This document shows, piece by piece, positions 59,477 through 64,000 of a stretch of 64,000 bases of DNA (the stretch's first letter is position 1; the number at the start of each line of letters is the position of its first letter). The DNA comes from Dehalococcoidia bacterium. GTDB taxonomy: Bacteria; Chloroflexota; Dehalococcoidia; Plut-88900. The notes beneath the pieces were generated by a model, which did not search any database, was not told the DNA's origin, and worked only from the letters and a program-made list of their open reading frames with translations. Both the position numbers and the translations under genes were made by a program. Location of the stretch: positions 352,001 to 416,000 of the forward strand of contig CBDBLV010000002.1 in assembly GCA_965207225.1 (NCBI GenBank). Reading direction: 5' to 3'.

Positions 59477-62400
59477 CGGTTCATCCCCCACGTGCGTGGG
59501 GACGGCTGCGCGATGTGCTGTATGTGTTTAGCGACCCGCGGTTCACCCCCACGTGCGTGGGGACGGCCACTGCTCGATACGCTGTCGAGCTAGTTCTGCC
59601 GGTTCACCCCCACGTGCGTGGGGACGGCTTTTCACGGCGGCTCCTTTGTTAGTACAGTCCCGGTTCACCCCCACGTGCGTGGGGACGGCGGCTCTTGGGC
59701 ACGGCCGTTGGCGGGGTTTTCGGTTCACCCCCACGTGCGTGGGGACGGCTTTTCACGGCGGCTCCTTTGTTAGTACAGTCCCGGTTCACCCCCACGTGCG
59801 TGGGGACGGCGGCTCTTGGGCACGGCCGTTGGCGGGGTTTTCGGTTCACCCCCACGTGCGTGGGGACGGCGTGATGATCGCGACGATAGCCGTTGACTCA
59901 ATCGGTTCACCCCCACGTGCGTGGGGACGGCTGGCCAAACTGGTCCCAGATCGTCATGTAGTCCGGTTCACCCCCACGTGCGTGGGGACGGCTACAGCAA
60001 CGGGACCGCAGTCGGCCGCCACAGCGGTTCACCCCCGCGTGCGTGGGGACGGCGGCCGCGGAACAGGCGATCAGGGTCGGCGCGTGGGTTCACCCCCGCG
60101 TGCGTGGGGACGGCGGACCAACATCGGCATCGGCCCCATCTGGAAGCGGTTCACCCCCACGTGCGTGGGGACGGCGGCGGAAGAGACCTGCCCCCCGCGC
60201 CATTCCTCGGTTCACCCCCACGTGCGTGGGGACGGCATTCGCTGCTGCGTTGTTACTGGGTATGTTTACGGTTCACCCCCACGTGCGTGGGGACGGCGAC
60301 TGACTATGGGCGGTTGCGTCGGATGGACGGGGTTCACCCCCACGTGCGTGGGGACGGCGGCTGGCAGCGAGAACATGGCCTGTGCGATCTCGGTTCACCC
60401 CCACGTGCGTGGGGACGGCCCGCGCCCTTATGCGCGGAGCGCGACGGCCCCGGTTCACCCCCACGTGCGTGGGGACGGCGGCTGGCAGCGAGAACATGGC
60501 CTGTGCGATCTCGGTTCACCCCCACGTGCGTGGGGACGGCCTCTTCGTCGGCCCTGGCCTGTGCTGCGGCCTCGGTTCACCCCCACGTGCGTGGGGACGG
60601 CCAGGCGTCGTCGTCACACGCGTCGTTGCACGCCGGTTCACCCCCACGTGCGTGGGGACGGCTGCTCTGTCTGGAGCACTCCCGCCGGGCATTACGGTTC
60701 ACCCCCACGTGCGTGGGGACGGCCCCGTGCGGACGGTGAACTTGCGACGACAGTCCGGTTCACCCCCACGTGCGTGGGGACGGCCGCAAGCCGTCCCTCA
60801 ACCCATTTATGACTTGCGGTTCACCCCCACGTGCGTGGGGACGGCACGGTCGATGGCCAGGAGGTTCCCGACAAGGACGGTTCACCCCCACGTGCGTGGG
60901 GACGGCTGTTTGCGATGTGTGTCTTTAATGCTGCCTTGCGGTTCACCCCCACGTGCGTGGGGACGGCGTGTCGTAGAGTGCTCCTGACACGTTCCCTTTC
61001 GGTTCACCCCCACGTGCGTGGGGACGGCTACTTGCAGGCGTTGCAGTGGTAGAGAGGAGTCGGTTCACCCCCACGTGCGTGGGGACGGCTACTTGCAGGC
61101 GTTGCAGTGGTAGAGAGGAGTCGGTTCACCCCCACGTGCGTGGGGACGGCTGCAGGTCGTAGCTGCACTCCGCGACAATGGTCGGTTCACCCCCACGTGC
61201 GTGGGGACGGCCATCACGTCCTCCTTACCACAACTCTACCTTACGGTTCACCCCCACGTGCGTGGGGACGGCTTTGTCTGCTCTCTGGTCGCCCTGGCCG
61301 ACCACGGTTCACCCCCACGTGCGTGGGGACGGCCACCCTCCTGAAGGCCAAAGCGGGCGCGGTATCGGTTCACCCCCACGTGCGTGGGGACGGCGTCGCT
61401 AAGAGCCAGCGCAATAAGTCTATTGACGGTTCACCCCCACGTGCGTGGGGACGGCTTCTCAAGCGCGGAGTCGGCGTCCTGCAGGGCCGGTTCACCCCCA
61501 CGTGCGTGGGGACGGCTCCTTGACGCCGAACCGGTCGAGCACGATGTCCGGTTCACCCCCACGTGCGTGGGGACGGCGGAATGTTTCGAGAGAAGATCAA
61601 CGCGGGCGCCGGTTCACCCCCACGTGCGTGGGGACGGCCGCGAGAAGCCGCAGGAGAGCCGTAGGACGCACGGTTCACCCCCACGTGCGTGGGGACGGCT
61701 ACAAGCCCTGGGGACGTGGCCGGCTGATGGTCGGTTCACCCCCACGTGCGTGGGGACGGCGCCGCGGGGCTGGTTCTGGTGGCAACTCTGTACGGTTCAC
61801 CCCCACGTGCGTGGGGACGGCGGTCAATGTGGGCCCCGATGGCCGGATAGCCTCGGTTCACCCCCACGTGCGTGGGGACGGCGCTTACCCGCCGAAACCC
61901 GTATCAGCGATCCGCGGTTCACCCCCACGTGCGTGGGGACGGCTTTTGGGCAGTGCCCTTTCTTGATGCTCTAATCGGTTCACCCCCACGTGCGTGGGGA
62001 CGGCGGGGAATGTACTGGTCGCTCGATTACAGCTTACGGTTCACCCCCACGTGCGTGGGGACGGCTGTGTCAGCCACCCATCCTCCGCCGAAGTCGTGCG
62101 GTTCACCCCCACGTGCGTGGGGACGGCGCTCTGGCGCGACCGTTGCGGCGGCCACAGCACGGTTCACCCCCACGTGCGTGGGGACGGCTCTCCAACGCCT
62201 CCTGTCTGTTCGGGTGGCACCGGTTCACCCCCACGTGCGTGGGGACGGCGCCTGTGGGCGTGCTGTCGTCCACGACCTCCTCGGTTCACCCCCACGTGCG
62301 TGGGGACGGCGGCTGGAGACTCCACCATCGGGGTCGGAGAGACGGTTCACCCCCACGTGCGTGGGGACGGCGCACTCAGAGTTCAGACGGTGGGCCGCCC

Positions 62401-64000
62401 TTACGGTTCACCCCCACGTGCGTGGGGACGGCTCCCATTTGCCAGCGAAGCTGGATCGACGGGACGGTTCACCCCCACGTGCGTGGGGACGGCGCTCTGG
62501 TGGGCACGGGGGCGGCGCGGTTCCACGGTTCACCCCCATGTGCGTGGGGACGGCTAGGGAGTAACCCATCCATCATTGTTCCCTCACGGTTCACCCCCAC
62601 GTGCGTGGGGACGGCGGCGCCACCAGGAGCCCCGCCAGGGCGATGCCCGGTTCACCCCCACGTGCGTGGGGACGGCTCGAAAAGTACGATCGGACCGGAG
62701 TCGTCACGCGGTTCACCCCCACGTGCGTGGGGACGGCGTGGTGAACAGGCGTAAGACGACGCAGGGCGTCGGTTCACCCCCACGTGCGTGGGGACGGCGC
62801 CCAAAACATGGTCTTGCGCCTCCGCTATAACGGTTCACCCCCACGTGCGTGGGGACGGCCGCCGCCAGTACCCGGCTGTTTCCCAGCTTCGCGGTTCACC
62901 CCCACGTGCGTGGGGACGGCTACGTCGCTGACGTTGCGCCAAGCGAGTTTGACGGTTCACCCCCACGTGCGTGGGGACGGCGCGCCTCAGCCTGGCGTCC
63001 TGACCCTTGTTCACGGTTCACCCCCACGTGCGTGGGGACGGCCAACCATCAACCCCTGTGGATGCCGCATACTTCGGTTCACCCCCACGTGCGTGGGGAC
63101 GGCGGACGACGACGACGACGGTCCCGTGCCGGTTCCGGTTCACCCCCACGTGCGTGGGGACGGCAGGGTCCCGCGCCTCCACGCCTCGAACAGGCCGCCT
63201 TCACCCCCACGTGCGTGGGGACGGCAGCTTAGCCAGCCGTTTACGGGCTAGCTCTGCCGGTTCACCCCCACGTGCGTGGGGACGGCCAGCTCGAGGGCGT
63301 GTTGGGCGGCGTCGAGGACGGTTCACCCCCACGTGCGTGGGGACGGCTTCAGCGTCCGTAAGCGCCGCTCCTAGCGTAGCGGTTCACCCCCACGTGCGTG
63401 GGGACGGCCCTGGGACTACTACTCTACCCAATTGGTTCCCCGGTTCACCCCCACGTGCGTGGGGACGGCTCTGATAATGTAGTTATCAGGTCTACGGCAT
63501 CCGGTTCACCCCCACGTGCGTGGGGACGGCGACTACTTCAGATCCCGACACCACCTAGGAGACGGTTCACCCCCACGTGCGTGGGGACGGCATCTACTCC
63601 GGTTTAGGCGATGTTGTAGCTAACGGTTCACCCCCACGTGCGTGGGGACGGCTCATAGCGGAGGCGCAGGACCATGTTTTGGGCCGGTTCACCCCCACGT
63701 GCGTGGGGACGGCGCTGTCCAGCGGTTTCCGGCGGGGGACGTGATCGGTTCACCCCCACGTGCGTGGGGACGGCAACACCCCCGAATGTACCGTCAAACG
63801 CTATTTCGGTTCACCCCCACGTGCGTGGGGACGGCGTTGTGGTGTCATAACCCAATTCCCGTAAGTTCGGTTCACCCCCACGTGCGTGGGGACGGCCAAC
63901 TTGGCCAACCGCTTACGGGCTAGCTCGGCGGTTCACCCCCACGTGCGTGGGGACGGCTCGTGGAAACGGCGGGTTGTTCGTCTTCGTGCCGGTTCACCCC
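59477..64000 (-). CRISPR. Type I-E CRISPR array: 74 complete repeats plus 1 partial, 74 spacers, truncated by the window end
   Basis: 29-bp repeat CGGTTCACCCCCACGTGCGTGGGGACGGC (minus strand GCCGTCCCCACGCACGTGGGGGTGAACCG, with a CCCCACG/CGTGGGG stem and an I-E-type GAACCG end). Period is 61 bp; spacers are mostly 32 nt (31-33). The repeat at 59477 has a 1-nt insertion and is the likely trailer. Confidence 0.98.

Larger units (their letters stand above)
38361..64000. mobile_element. tRNA-Ser-integrated defence island (right end not seen)
   Basis: Integrase directly after the tRNA, an abrupt switch to defence and mobility genes with lower GC, and Xis-like and relaxase-like genes. No attR copy was found by eye in the window. 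Confidence 0.75.

Noticed and set aside
59543-63923. Many long ORFs with VHPHVRGDG / GSPPRAWGR / RFTPTCVGT repeats
   Set aside because: These are translations of the CRISPR repeat in different frames, not proteins.
59507-63989. Self-targeting spacers against this window
   Set aside because: No match longer than about 10 nt was noticed by eye; an exhaustive alignment was not possible, so none is claimed.

Overview
GC-rich bacterial chromosome segment. The gene content (luciferase-like and PPOX F420-type oxidoreductases, tandem amidohydrolases, an 11-subunit complex I without nuoEFG) suggests Chloroflexota, class Dehalococcoidia/SAR202-like; this is inference. Positions 1-38360 are mostly core or catabolic genes: ltaE, rarA, selA, an amidohydrolase cluster, tRNA-Glu, nuoABCDHIJK-orf-LMN, an fmt-like gene, nadK, a Nudix gene, greA, lysS, serS and tRNA-Ser. 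Small accessory inserts in this part are a frameshifted type IIG R-M gene, a palindrome-rich region at 14.3-16.8 kb, a DUF6883/DUF4926-like pair and vapBC. From tRNA-Ser (38360) onward lies an integrase-associated defence island. It carries a P4-like integrase, a decayed guaB3 fragment, a Dsr1-like SIR2 protein and a small PD-(D/E)XK nuclease. These are followed by a tightly coupled six-gene run: Eco57I-like N6-methyltransferase, VapC/PIN, HEPN protein, PLD-SNF2 helicase, CapV-like patatin and CD-NTase. A replication-relaxation-like protein, a Xis-like HTH and a type I-E CRISPR array (74 complete repeats, running off the window end) complete the region. The best candidate for a new system is the methyltransferase, which ends in what looks like a fused VapB-type antitoxin tail directly upstream of the PIN toxin. 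This suggests a toxin-guarded restriction system that is also translationally coupled to HEPN and CBASS modules. All family assignments are from motif recognition by eye; no database search was run.
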